A DNA stretch of 64,000 nucleotides from Octopus sinensis (lineage: Eukaryota): NCBI RefSeq assembly GCF_006345805.1, contig NC_043012.1, forward strand, positions 55,490,001 to 55,554,000, written 5' to 3'. Numbering within the stretch: the first letter of the stretch is position 1; every line of letters starts with the position of its first letter. A model generated the notes under the pieces. It did no database searches. It was given only the letters and a program-made list of their open reading frames with translations, and was not told where the DNA came from. Below, piece by piece: positions 1 through 11,585 of the stretch. The position numbers were made by a program, and so were the translations under genes.

Positions 1-280
1 ACAAGTATGGACAAGGGATTCTGCATGATTATTCACATCATGTAGAGCAAAGTAGTTTATTCGAGATAATTTAGTGGGCTCCATTCCAATCAGCCAAAAC
101 ATGAGTACCAACAGTTAATCTAGGTTTAGCCTACAGAGTGGATTAGTCATTCAAATCGATCCCCAATACACATTTCAGTACAGTAACATTCTCCATCTGT
201 CCAGTCGCTACTTTACGAAACATAAAGGAACACAAAGGCATCAAAATTCAGACCCATACAAACAGATTATTGTGATTGTC

Positions 281-525
281 ATCATGGTGGTTTCAACGTC
301 CACTTTTTCCATGCTAGCATGGGTCAGATGGAATTTCTTGAGGCAATTATTTTATTTTTTACAGTCAGATGTCCCTCCTATCGCCAATCCTCACCTGTTT
401 CCAAGCAAGGGAATATTTTCCTATAACTAGCCATTTCTTTTTTTTCATAGAAGTCAGGAAATGAACAACCCTGCTTGTATGACAATGATGCTCATTTACA
501 ACCATCACATGATGTCTAGAACATG
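281..525 (-). mobile_element. RTE-derived non-autonomous retroelement (family E), fragment
   Basis: Reverse complement of the family-E 3' end (catgctagcatggaaaaagtggacg...). Confidence 0.6.
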
Positions 526-584
526 GTTACACACAAACACATGCACACAACCCACCCCCCATGACATCCTTACTATTTTCACTG

Positions 585-922
585 AAGACGCATAGCTCAG
601 TGATTAGAGCATCAGGCTCACAATCATGAGTTAGTGAGTTCAATTCCCAGCCCAGACTGTGTGTTATGTTCTTGAGCAAAACACTTTATTTCATATTGCT
701 CAAGTTCATTCAGCTGTAGAAATGAGTTGTGACACACTGGTGCCAAGTTGTACTGGTATTTACCTTTCCCTTGGACATCAGTGACATGAAAGGGGAGGCT
801 GGTATGCATGAGCAACTGCTGGTCTTCCATAAGCAACCTTACCTGGACTTGTGCTTGGAAGGTAACTTTCTAGGTGCAATCCCATGGTCATTCATGACCG
901 AAAGGGGTCTTTTACCTTTTTA
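585..922 (+). mobile_element. tRNA-derived SINE with CORE-like body (family C)
   Basis: A-box tagctcagtgatt and B-box gagttcaattcc, then ttcttgagcaaaacacttt...cagctgtagaaatgagt. Another copy on the minus strand near 7675-7968. Confidence 0.75.
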
Positions 923-1703
923 TCAAATATCAGAATGTTAAAGAACAAAAAGAGGATGAAATATTGCAAGATATTTCATTTGGTACTTGTCTACTTTCAT
1001 CAGTTCATTGCTTGAAAAATGCCCCTTAACAACATAATAATCATCATCATTATCATCTTCAGTTCACGTCTATTTTCCATGCCGACATAGTCAAGATGGT
1101 GTGATAGGATAAGACGAGCTGCAGGGCTATTTTGATATCCAATATCAGTTTTGGCAAGGTTTCTATGGCTGGATGCCCTTCCTAATGCCAACCACTTTAC
1201 AGTGTGTAGGCACCTGCTTTTCTTATGAATAAATAAATAAAATTAATAAAGAAAATGATGGAAGAACTAATAACTTCATAAAAGCAATTTTTAACTAAAA
1301 TAGACATCAAGTACTTTGGGTACTTCATAAAATCAAGATAAACATCTGGTACCTTAGGTACTTTTAGAGCTTAGAGTCCATGCTATTGCAAGCATCCAGG
1401 CCAGATCCCAATTTGAGAGCTTGAGGATATCTTCTTCCTACAAATGTTAGAGACCCAGAATAAAAAATAACAAAAGGATACGGGCATGGCCCTACACAAC
1501 CAGAGAGAGCACAGGAAAAAAAAACACATCTTATGGAATTGATATCTCTTTGAAACTTGAAAAACGAAGATGGAAAATACAGTTTTACTTTTAGAGGTAT
1601 CAACCATGGTATACAAAAGAGAAGACTGCAACCCCAGTATGGATGGGTGATGTGTAAAAAAGAATGATGATAGCTGGGTGAAAAAGTATTATATGATCTA
1701 AAT

Positions 1704-2682
1704 CCGCTATTCTCAACTGGGGTCTATTTGGCCCCTGAGGGGGTCCATGCAACAAAATAGTAAACTGGAGATCCATAATAGTATTTTAAGGGCCCCTGGA
1801 AAAATTTTGCTTTCAATTTATTGAAGAAACAACTAGCTTTCTTTCTCTAACATTTTACATTATTAATTGGGCATTCACCATATTATAAGTATTTTAAGGG
1901 CCTCTGAAAAAATTTTGCTTTCGATTTATTGAAGAAACAACTAGCTTTCTTTCTCTAACATTTTACATAGTTAATTGGGCATTCACCATATTATAAGTAT
2001 TTTAAGGGCCTCTGAAAAAATTTTGCTTTCGATTTATTGAAGAAACAACTAGCTTTCTTTCTCTAACATTTTACATAGTTAATTGGGCATTCACAATATT
2101 ATAAGTATTTTAAGGGCCCCTGAAAAAATTTTGCTTTCGATTTATTGAAGAAACAACTAGCTTTCTTTCTCTAACATTTTACATAGTTAATTGAGCATTC
2201 GCAATATTATAAGTATTTTAAGGGCCCCTGAAAAAATTTTGCTTTCAATTTATTGAAGAAACAACTAGCTTTCTTTTTCTAACATTTTACATAGTTAATT
2301 GGGCATTCGCAATATTATAAGTATTTTAAGGGCCGCAGAAAAAATTTTGCTTTCGATTTATTGAAGAAACAACTAGCTTTCTTTCTCTAACATTTTACAT
2401 AGTTAATTGGGCAATCACCATATTATAAGTATTTTAAGGGCCGCAGAAAAAATTTTGCTTTAGATGTATGCACTGGTATTTATTGCAAGAAACAGCTAGG
2501 TTTCTTTCTCTAATATTTTACATAGATCAACCTAAACAAGTTAATGTGCGAAAAACAAAATAGGAATTTCGGAAGAAGTTTCTAGAAAACTAGTTTTTAA
2601 ACATCAAATGGCTATGGGGGTCCACCTGAGTAAAAGAGTAATCAAAGGGATCCATAGTTAGAAAAATGCTTGTGAACACCTG
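1704..2682. mobile_element. hAT (Charlie/Buster-like) MITE with internal 108-bp tandem array
   Basis: 8-bp TSD ATCTAAAT at 1696-1703 and 2683-2690. Degenerate TIRs CCGCTATTCTCAAC / GTGAACACCTG and subterminal GGGGTCC motifs. Confidence 0.75.
1781..2460. repeat. 108-bp tandem repeat, 6 units plus a partial seventh
   Basis: gtattttaaggg recurs at 1781, 1889, 1997, 2105, 2213, 2321 and 2429. Confidence 0.95.
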
Positions 2683-2859
2683 ATCTAAATGGTAGGATTC
2701 TGTAGAAAAGGAAAACTGAAAAAAAAATCATAGGAAAAAAGAAAGATTGTGATGCAATTTTATCTAAGGCTGCTGAGCTTCACAGAAGTCACAAGGGACT
2801 GTAACAAGAGGGAGACGATATGTTGAAGCGGACTAGATAAATCCATGCCAGCATGGAGA

Positions 2860-3267
2860 TGCGGATGATGGAGATGATGGTGACGATGGTGGAAGAGAGT
2901 GGGCAGGGTGTGGGTTGACGATGATGATGATGATGAAGATGAGGAGGAGGAGGAGGAAGATAGTAGTGATTGCAATAATGATGATGATGATTACAATGGT
3001 GGTGGTGGTGAGGATAATGATGATGAGGAGGAGGAGGAGGGAGGGAAGGAGGGGGAAAAGGAGGAGGGGAAAAGAGGAGGGAGAAAAGGAGGAGGGGAAA
3101 AGAGGAGGGAGAAAAGGAAAAGGATTCTTGTGATTGCAATGGTGGTGGTGGTGGTCATCATGATGATGATGATTATGCTGATTGCAGTGATGGTAATGGT
3201 GATGGTAGAAACAATGCTGACAATTGCAGCAGTAGTGAGGTGGTAGTGGTGGTGGTGGTGGTGGTAT
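2860..3267. repeat. Purine-rich trinucleotide mosaic (GAT/GAG/GGT)n
   Basis: Directly visible runs of gat, gag and ggt, beginning about 60 nt 3' of the predicted stop codon. Confidence 0.9.
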
Positions 3268-3329
3268 TGACTTAAGTTGGCTCTGCTCAGTTATAACTTA
3301 TTATACATCAAACAAAAACACTTTTACAT

Positions 3330-4088
3330 TTATTCAGTTTTTATTTGTGTATGCGGTAAATCAAGAGGGAGCTGTTCCCCAGAGACTGTTGTCAAACTGA
3401 CTGGAGAAAGAGTGGTGTTTGATTGAGTGTTTACGTTAGGACAGCTGTTGGACATTAGAGAATCAACTTCAACCTCAATCACAACTGACGTGCTGTAGTC
3501 TGGTTGATTGTGACTAATCATACCTGTTATCATTTGTGACAAATTACAGATGGTCTTCTGATATTGAAGTCCCGTTAAGGTCATTTTGTTGTCAACATGT
3601 TCGTAGTTCAGGAAAGAATCTGATTTGCTTAAATTATTCTGAGACTCTGCTATGGTATTTTGCGAAGAACAGGAAATCGGGTCTGTTTCTTGTTTCACCT
3701 TTATTCCTGGTTGGCTAGGTCCTCCATCACAGTCGTTGTCCATCTGAAATCTGTTTGTTATTTGGTAGTTGAAATATATATTCATCTGTTCTTCATTCGA
3801 AGATTTCAAAGATGTATTGGATTGGTTTTGCATTGTACATTGTTTATATCGATCCACAAGGCTCAAGATATTGTATACACCAAGGATCTTAGCAATGCAC
3901 TCCATGTTGTATAGAATATCTGAATTTAAAACCAGGACTCCTTCATACATATAGGTACAAAAGGCCCAGAGAGCTTCCTCTTGAATGTCAGGAGTAAAAG
4001 TTAACTGTAGGTATTCACCTTTCAGCACATCAGTATTTGGAATTTCCAGAAGTTTGGTACAAGTGGCAATGAGAAGATCTCGATGAAC
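3330..4088 (-). CDS. Coding exon 10 (terminal): rest of BTB/POZ domain and low-complexity tail
   Basis: Starts VHRDLLIATC (BTB AHRxVLAAxS equivalent), then EEALWAFCTYMYEGVLVLNSDILYNMECIAKILGVYNILSLV. Acceptor ctctttcag, phase 0. TAA at 3332-3330. Confidence 0.85.
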   Translation of the reverse strand, partial: VHRDLLIATCTKLLEIPNTDVLKGEYLQLTFTPDIQEEALWAFCTYMYEGVLVLNSDILYNMECIAKILGVYNILSLVDRYKQCTMQNQSNTSLKSSNEEQMNIYFNYQITNRFQMDNDCDGGPSQPGIKVKQETDPISCSSQNTIAESQNNLSKSDSFLNYEHVDNKMTLTGLQYQKTICNLSQMITGMISHNQPDYSTSVVIEVEVDSLMSNSCPNVNTQSNTTLSPVSLTTVSGEQLPLDLPHTQIKTE

Positions 4089-4244
4089 CTGAAAGAGATA
4101 TTATATGAGATATTAATTACTTTCAAAGAAAATAATGATTTTTAAAATCTTTTTTCATACAGGCATAAAGCCACAACTCTGTACAAGACAAACCAAAACA
4201 AGGATCCTCTACGTCAATGATTCTTAACCTTTTTTGTAGTGCCC

Positions 4245-5006
4245 TGGTGGCACATAAAAAGCACCATCCATACGTGACTGATGCCAGTGCCCTCTGATTG
4301 GCTCTTGTGCCGGTGGCATGTAAAAAGCATTATCTGAATGTGATCGATGTCAGGGCCACCTGACTGGTGGCACGTAAAAAGCAGCATACAAACATGGCCA
4401 ATGCCAGTACCTACTGATTGGCTCTCATGCTGGTGGCACATAAAAAGCAGCATCCAAACATGGCCAATGCCAGTACCCACAGACTGGCTCCTATGCCAGT
4501 GGCATGTAAAAAGCACTATCTAAACATGATCGATGCCAGGGCCACCTGATTGGCTCTTGTGCTGGTGGTACTTAATAAGAACCATCTGAATGTGGCCAAT
4601 GCCAGGGCCCCCTGAATGGCTCCTGTGCCAGTGACATGTAAAAAGCACTATCTAAATGTAATTGATGCCAGAGCCACCTGACTGGCTCTCGTGCCAGTGG
4701 TACATAATAAGAACCATCCGAATGTGGCCAATGCTAGAGCCTTCTGACTAGCTCCTGTGTCAGTGGCACGTAAAAAGCACTAACAAAATGTGATCGATGC
4801 CAGGCCCACCTGACTGGCTCCTGTGCTGGTGGCACATAAAGCACCCACTACACTCTCGGAGTGGTTGGCCTTAGAAGGGCATCCAGGTGTAGAAATATTG
4901 CCAGATCAGAATGGAGCCTGGTACAGCTGCTGGTTTTCCAGACCTCAGTCAAACTGTCCAACCCATGCCAGCATGGAAAACGGATGTTAAACGATGATGA
5001 TGATGA
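4245..5006 (+). mobile_element. RTE-derived family E element with ten internal 66-bp repeats
   Basis: gtggcac(a/g)taaaaagcac unit at 4247, 4313, 4367, 4433, 4499, 4565, 4631, 4697, 4763 and 4829. Followed by ggttggc.ttagaagggcatcc (RTE 5'-type motif) and a (GAT)n tail. Confidence 0.75.
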
Positions 5007-5193
5007 TTATGCCTGGTGCCTACCTAAGTTGTCAGTGAGATATCATAGATGATAATTTATAAATTTTATTCAAATGGAAATCATAATACAAGAAGAAAAT
5101 ACTTGAAGAAAACTATTCGAGACAAGAAATACAACATTAGAAATGAATTATCTCTCATTTTATTTTAATAACCATTACAAGTTTTATCATGTA

Positions 5194-5832
5194 CTAGCAG
5201 TATAGCCCGGCGTTGCTCGGTTTTGTAAGGGAAATAACTATATAAGCATTTTTTTAGAGAGTATAGCAAAAAAAATAGCAAAAAATGCATTAAAAATGGA
5301 AAAAATATGATGGTAATTTTTTTTAAAAATCGTTGACTCATCGTAGACATTTTTAGAGAGTTACTTCCCTTATATAATAGCGAAAAAATGCATTAAAAAT
5401 GGAAAAAAAAACGATGGTAAATTTTTTTTTAAATCGTAGACTCATGTAGACGCTTTCTTAGCCATTTCTGTTTTGGTGTCTTCAAGCCATGAAGTCGTGT
5501 TCTAAAAGAACACTGGTCTCCTTGACAACGCATTACGACGTTGATTTCCTTACACTCCCTTCCCCACAGGTGCAGGTGTGAGCATGGACGCCAACTCCGC
5601 CGCCATCGACACACGAAAAATTATGCATTAAAAATGGAATAAAAAATGATGTTAAATTTATTTTAAAATCGTAGACTCATCGTAGACGCGCGCTAATATT
5701 CAGACGGGCTCGATATGAATCACGACTATAAGCTACCCGAATTTGGTTAAACTGCACCGCAAAATGTGGGAGTAGTTAGGAATCTAAATCGAAGGGGACA
5801 GACACTCACACAACTACAGTTTTATATATAGA
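5194..5832 (-). mobile_element. Non-autonomous Helitron
   Basis: On the minus strand: 5' A|TCTATATATAAAA, 3' hairpin gagcaacgccgggc then CTAG|T, which is the canonical AT insertion. Confidence 0.8.
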
Positions 5833-5834
5833 TA

Positions 5835-6390
5835 TACATAGCGCAGTAGTGGTGAGATGTGACAGCAAAGAAAAGCATACATTCACTCTCTGCATGCAAT
5901 TAGACTCGGAAAGTTCGTGAGGAACCCATTGACCCAATTTGCTGACTTTTCCGATAGCACACAGGTCTCAATGAATGGTGAATGACCAAATCCAAGCTTC
6001 TGCTAGTTCCTCAACAGTTACGATGAGATTTTGTTCCACCAGGGTTTTCAGGATGTCCTTGTCAAGTTCTACAGATCTTTCAGGATGAGGCTCATCTTCT
6101 AGGCTGTAGTTTATGGCTCAGGATTTCTGGAACCACCATTGACACTGCCTTACGCTTATTGTCCAATCCCCATATACTGCATTAATATTTCTTGTACTTT
6201 GCACACATTTATATTCTGTTATTCTTTTATATGTTTCAGCCTTGAGGTTGTGGCCATGCTGGATCATGTGTGTGTGTGTGTCTATCTGTCTGTCTGTATG
6301 TATATATGTATATATATGTGTGTGAACAATAATATTTTCAACAGACGTGTTGCAAATGTATCTGATTGTTCTCAAGCTTCAATACTGTGT
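5835..6390 (-). pseudogene. Mariner (DD34D-type) transposase N-terminal relic
   Basis: Minus translation pieces INAVYGDWTISVRQCQWWFQK, SLEDEP, DKDILKTLVEQN, GKVSKLGQWVPHELSESN (WVPHEL motif). Interrupted by a SINE/microsatellite. Confidence 0.8.
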
Positions 6391-6577
6391 GTGTGTGTAT
6401 GTGTGTGTGGGTATGTATGTATATGTATGTATGTATATGTATGTTGTATGTATGTGTTATGTATGTTGTGGTGTGTATGTATGTGTGTGTGTATGTGTGT
6501 GTGTGTTGTATGTATGTATGTATGTATGTATGTATGTGATGTATGTATGTATGTATGTATGAGTCTATGTTTACTTT

Positions 6578-7044
6578 ATTACTAACACAAGCCACTACGG
6601 TTATTTAATGAAAGTCTTCCTCAAATCACTCTCTCTCTCGCTATTTACTCTCTTCAAGAACATTTTCACTCACTCTTAGCTCTTAGCTTCCCATACATTT
6701 TACTCATGTATCTATCAGTGTCATAGACAGAATACTTTCAGTTTAGTCTTCCTCAAATCACTCTGTCGCTATTTACTTTCATTTTATTCGTTGCCCACTG
6801 TGTGTGTGCGTTTGCGTGTGGTGTGTAAACCAGACTAAGAAAAGCATTTGACACACACACCAGAATGTGAGTTTTCTGTAAATTTTGCTTAATTGGAGTT
6901 TAAATTTTAAAAACTGGACCTGGCATGACGCGATGCATTGTACTCTTAAAAATGCTAGGTAAATTGTAATTGAAGAAATCCTATATTGTAGATTTGTATA
7001 ACTCCCAAAGGGAGGCAGATAAAATCTGCCTTTTATAATAAGAG
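6578..7044 (-). mobile_element. Helitron-like element
   Basis: Minus 5' end TCTCTTATTATAAAAGGCAG. The 3' end near 6578 is degenerate. Confidence 0.5.
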
Positions 7045-7103
7045 ACTAGCACTATGACCTGGCAACGCCGGGTCATAGTGCTAGTACATGCATGTGCACA
7101 TAC

Positions 7104-7392
7104 ACACAAGTACTGTCCAAATCTCCGACCAATCACATACAGCTAGCTGGCATTCAATTGGCGTATCAAGTTTCAGGCACTTTGATAGGGTTTTGGATAG
7201 AAAATTCACAAAAAAGTCACTTCTATTGATTTTTTAATGGCCTTGTGGAGTGACTGGGGAAATGTAAAGATGTGCATGACCACCCTTGGACGGTTTTGAA
7301 TGGCCATAGAAAGTGCGAGTCCTCTAACTGAAAAATTGAGGATTTGTATAAAGGACACGCACACAGACATTTTGCCGTTTATATATAGAGAG
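7104..7392 (-). mobile_element. Helitron 5' fragment
   Basis: Minus 5' end TCTCTCTATATATAAACGGCAAAATGTCTGTG matches the start of the complete copy at 33675. Confidence 0.6.
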
Positions 7393-7971
7393 ATAATTAC
7401 TATTATAGGTAAAATTCAATATGTTAATTATGTTACCTCACTGCCCCCTAAAGCCTAAAGCCCCCTTTCACATGCTCAGTGCTCCTTTTCACATGCCCAG
7501 TTCCCCCCATTCACAAGCCCAGCACCACCTCGAAGGGAATGTCTTCCATGTTGAGAAACTCTGCTCTACATAGTAACTCAGTTTGCTAGATACATCAACC
7601 AAATTTACTCAAATCATACCCAAGTGTTTTGAAAAGAAAGGATTCATTGGATAGTAAAGGTAATGGGTAAAGATATACTCCGGTCATGAATGACCATGGG
7701 ATTGCACCTAGAAAGTTCCCCTCTAAGGCACAAGTCTGAGCAAGGTTGTATATGGAAGACCAGCAGTTACCCATGCATACCAGTCTCCCTTCTCCTTGTC
7801 ACAGATATTATCCAAGGGAAAGGCAAAGGGGCCAATACAGCTTGGTACCAGTGACATCACAACTCATTTCTACAGTTGAGTGAACTGGAGCAATGTAGCA
7901 TAAAGTGTCTTGCTCAAGAACACAACACACAACCCGGTCCAAGAATAAAACTCACTACCTCATGATTGCAT

Positions 7972-8280
7972 GGAGGCACATGGCCTAGTGGTAGAGCAGC
8001 GGACTCGCGGTCAAGGGATTGCAGGTTCGAATCTCAGACTGGGCGATGTGTATATTTATGAGCGAAACACCTAAGCCCCACGCGACTCCGGCAGAAAGCA
8101 ATGCTGAACTTCTGCTGACTCTTTCGCCACAACTTTCTCTCACCCTTTCTTCCTGCATCTTGCAACTCACCTGCGATGGACCAGCGTCCCATCCAGGTGG
8201 GGAACCTATATGCCAAGGAAACCGGGAAACCGGCCTTTATGAGCCAGGCATGGCTCGAGAAGGAACAGACAAAAAAAAAA
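7972..8280 (+). mobile_element. tRNA-derived SINE (family D)
   Basis: ggaggcacatggcctagtggtagagcagcggactcgcggtc...ggttcgaatc head. Near-identical copy at about 46655-46930, related copies at 22785-22960 (+) and 30830-31130 (-). Confidence 0.8.
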
Positions 8281-9331
8281 ACCCTCATGATTGTGACCCC
8301 CAACACTCTAACCACTGAGCCATTGGATAACATGGTGCTAAATATACAAAAACAAAGAAAGAGTGGGTATGCTCTTGATCATAAGTCTACTCACCCAAGG
8401 GTGACTGGGTTTAAACTATGACAACTTTGAGAATGCAAGCCAACAGAGAAACGTCTGAGTATTCATAGGCATAGGTGTGGCTATGTGGTAAGAAGTTTAC
8501 TTCCCAATCACATGGTTTGGGGTTCAATACCACTGCATGGCACCCTGAGCAGGTGTCTTCTACGATAGTTTTGTGACTGGATTTGTTTGATGAAAAGTGA
8601 AAGTGTGCCTGTGAGTGTGTGTGTGTGTGTTATATTTTCCTTGCCCCAGCTTCACAAATGAGTGTCACCCTCATGACTGCTTTCCTTCACATCCAGTCAT
8701 CCATGAAAAATATGTTTGGCCATGCTTGGAAACCGGTTGAAAGTTGGTGATAGGAAAGATATCCAACCACAGAAAATTCACATCAACAGATTCTATCTGA
8801 CCCGTGCAAGCATGGAAAAATGGTCATTAAAAAGTGATAAAAAAAAAAAAGATCTGTTCTGCTCAGGGTTGCCTTGGCCTAAATAAAAACAACTCTTGTG
8901 TTATGTAGTCTGTAGCTTTTCAATAAATAAAAACTGTTTTTGTTGTTGTTGTTGTTGGTCAGTCCATAACTAAAAACATTCCGTCTGTTACTGCCTTATC
9001 TTTTTACTGGGCACAGAGAACTCAAGACAATGTTTCTTTTTGGGTCTTTTCTCTCTATGACGTTAGGGTGAGAATTAAGGGAGATTTCACAGCTATTTCT
9101 AGAAAGTCGAATGACCATGGAGAGGTCCTCATTATTTCATGAAATATATTGTTTATTTGAGAAGGCAGGGTGTGTCATCTGAAAGGTATCTCACCCCTAT
9201 TTCTATTCAGCAAAATAAATGCATATGTATGCAAGTATGCACACACATGCACACATGTGTGTGAGGATATATATATATGGAAAAAGAAAGGTCAGGTAGA
9301 AAATGCTAAAATAATTTTATAAAAAACATTT

Positions 9332-9367
9332 CAGTACTGGTTTCTGTCATTGAGACTTTTTCAACTG
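9332..9367 (-). ncRNA. Degenerate minimal hammerhead ribozyme motif (Penelope-like relic)
   Basis: Minus: cag TTGAAAA agtc-tcaat-gaca GAAA ccag TA ctg. Layout is stem I / core / stem II / GAAA-4nt-UH, with C3U and G8A changes. Confidence 0.4.
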
Positions 9368-9905
9368 TAAGTATGGAAAACAATTAAATTTTGGAAAAAT
9401 TAAAAGAAAAGTTTTTTTTAAAGAATATTTTACAAGAATATGTTCAAATACAAGTGGCATTTTCCTTGTTTACTCTTGTGGGTTCGAGGTTATATATATA
9501 TAACATATTGTTCGTGTGCTGCTAGATTCAGAAGATTAAATGTGTTACAGGAACATGACAGGAAAAAAAAACACACAATGAACATGAATATGCTCGACCC
9601 CTTATCATCTATTGGCCAAATATCACCACAATTTGTCACCACAGCAGTGTCAGTACCATAAGCTACTGCTGTATAACTGAGCAGACATGATAAACGACTG
9701 CAAATAACAAGAAATGATAAGGTCTCTAGACCAAACAGTAATTAACAATGAGTTATGAGGAAAATGAAGAAAAATACATACAACGGAAGAAACAAATAGA
9801 TAAGCAAGGACAATGACAGAGAAAAAATAATAAATGATAGAGAAAGATATTTATATCACTCTATTTGGCTCATAAATAAGAATTAAAAACTAATTGATAA
9901 CTTAC

Positions 9906-10122
9906 TAAGATTGTATGAGTTCCATTACTAATAGCTGCATTGCAAAATAACCTTGATTTCCACATCTGATAAAGTTGGGTCATTACACAACTCTGATGAT
10001 GCTGCATCTGGAATTTGTAGGTTGGTGGCTTTGGAACTGGAGATGGTGTTGGCACCACAGAAGTCTGTGGTTGAACCAAGGCTTGTGGTGAATGTAACTG
10101 AACATTTTTCTTGTTTGGTTGA
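9906..10122 (-). CDS. Coding exon 9, Pro-rich linker plus N-terminal part of BTB/POZ domain
   Basis: QPNKKNVQLHSPQALVQP...YKFQMQHHQSCVMTQLYQMWKSRLFCNAAISNGTHTIL matches the BTB H...L..L.....FCD pattern. Acceptor tttacag, donor TTA|gtaagt, phase 2 to 0. Confidence 0.82.
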
Positions 10123-10160
10123 CTGTAAATGGAACATTCATCATTAATACCTTTGTTTTA

Positions 10161-10377
10161 CCCTTTAGCATTCAGATTACTCTGTCAAATGTAATACTTA
10201 TTTATTCACATTGTTTTTAATTAATTGTGCCTTATCTCATAGCTTCAAAATTTTGATGTGATTATTTATCGTTAGAATGACATCGTAGGGTAGGTGTGAG
10301 AGGCTGAATCTCATAAGTTTGAACATAAAACAAGGATAATATTCTGGCCTGGTATGGCCGGTTTAAACACTAAAGGG
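10161..10377. mobile_element. piggyBac-type MITE
   Basis: CCCTTTAG...CTAAAGGG ends, TTAA at 10378-10381. An inverted copy of the same family lies at 45984-46203 with TTAA at 46204. Confidence 0.7.
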
Positions 10378-11326
10378 TTAAATTAATGGAGAACTAGATA
10401 GAATGCAAGCCAACAAAGAAACATTTAAATATTCATAGGTGTAGATGACACAACAATCATCATCATCGTTTAATGCTTGTTTCCCATGCTGGCATGGGTT
10501 GGATGGTTTGAAAGGAGCAGGCAAGCCACAGAGTTACACCAAGCTCCAAATATCTGTTTACGCTTGGTTTCTATGGCTGGATGCCCTTCCTAATGCCAAC
10601 CACATTACAGAATGTGCTGGGTGTGTTTTTACATGGCACCAGCACCATTGGTTTTTTTATGTGACACCAGCACCAGTGCTTTTTACATGGTACCAGTACG
10701 GGTGCTTTTTATGTGGCACCAGCATGGTATGTATGAAGATATTTTAATCTTCTATATTGTGTGTGTGTGTTACAAGGTAAAGTCTGTCTGAAGCCACCAG
10801 GAATATTAGATCAGATAGGTTATACAAGTTTCTGAGATATTTAAGTAAGAGAGACTACAAAGCTCCCCTACCCACAAAACAGAATATCATTCCAGAATAA
10901 TAAGGTCAATCCTCATCTGCTGCTATTGCTAGTATTCATATTTAGCTGAGATGCCTGGGGTAGCAGAAAATGAAGTGACTTGCCTGAGGAGATGTGTTGT
11001 CCAATCTGGTAATCAAACCTTACGATTCTGTGGTAACACACTAAACATTAGGTCATGTGCCTTCGTAAATGTGTTTGTGGCATGTATAGTGTATATATGT
11101 ATACACACACACGCACACACACACACACACACAATAGACACAGGCATGGCTGTGTAGGTAATAAGATTGTTCTACATGCCACATTGGGCAAGTGATTTGT
11201 GAATGAACTTCGTAAGCAAAAAGTGTGTGGAGGCTCAATGTGTATATATAAGTGTGTCTGGGTGTGTAAATAGAAAGAAAGAAAGAAAGAAGGAAGGAAG
11301 GAAGGAAAAAAGAAAGATAGATAGAC

Positions 11327-11405
<79 letters not shown>

Positions 11406-11410
<5 letters not shown>

Positions 11411-11585
11411 AGATAGTTATGGCTGGTCGATAGGGTTACCCAGGGTTTCACGTTCATAAAGCGCTTGGCTTTACAGCATTTCTTCAGGCCCTAATAGCTG
11501 GTGGCCTATAACCACTCTTCAAAGAGAGGTCATAGGATACTAGCCATTAGGGTAACCCTATGAACTGGCCATAACTGTCTTTATC
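11406..11585. mobile_element. Unclassified 180-bp MITE
   Basis: About 35-bp imperfect TIRs gataaagatagttatggctggtcgatagggttaccc / gggtaaccctatgaactggccataactgtctttatc. No clear TSD. Confidence 0.6.

Noticed and set aside
1-270. Possible further exon downstream of the BTB exon
   Set aside because: The minus frames I tried after the candidate acceptor close quickly and show no domain motif.
585-660. tRNA-like sequences here and at other SINE heads
   Set aside because: A and B boxes are present but run into repeated SINE bodies, and I could not fold an intact cloverleaf.
2760-3246. Acidic, poly-His and poly-Pro ORFs
   Set aside because: They arise from the GAT/GAG/GGT repeat mosaic, with no splice or homology support.
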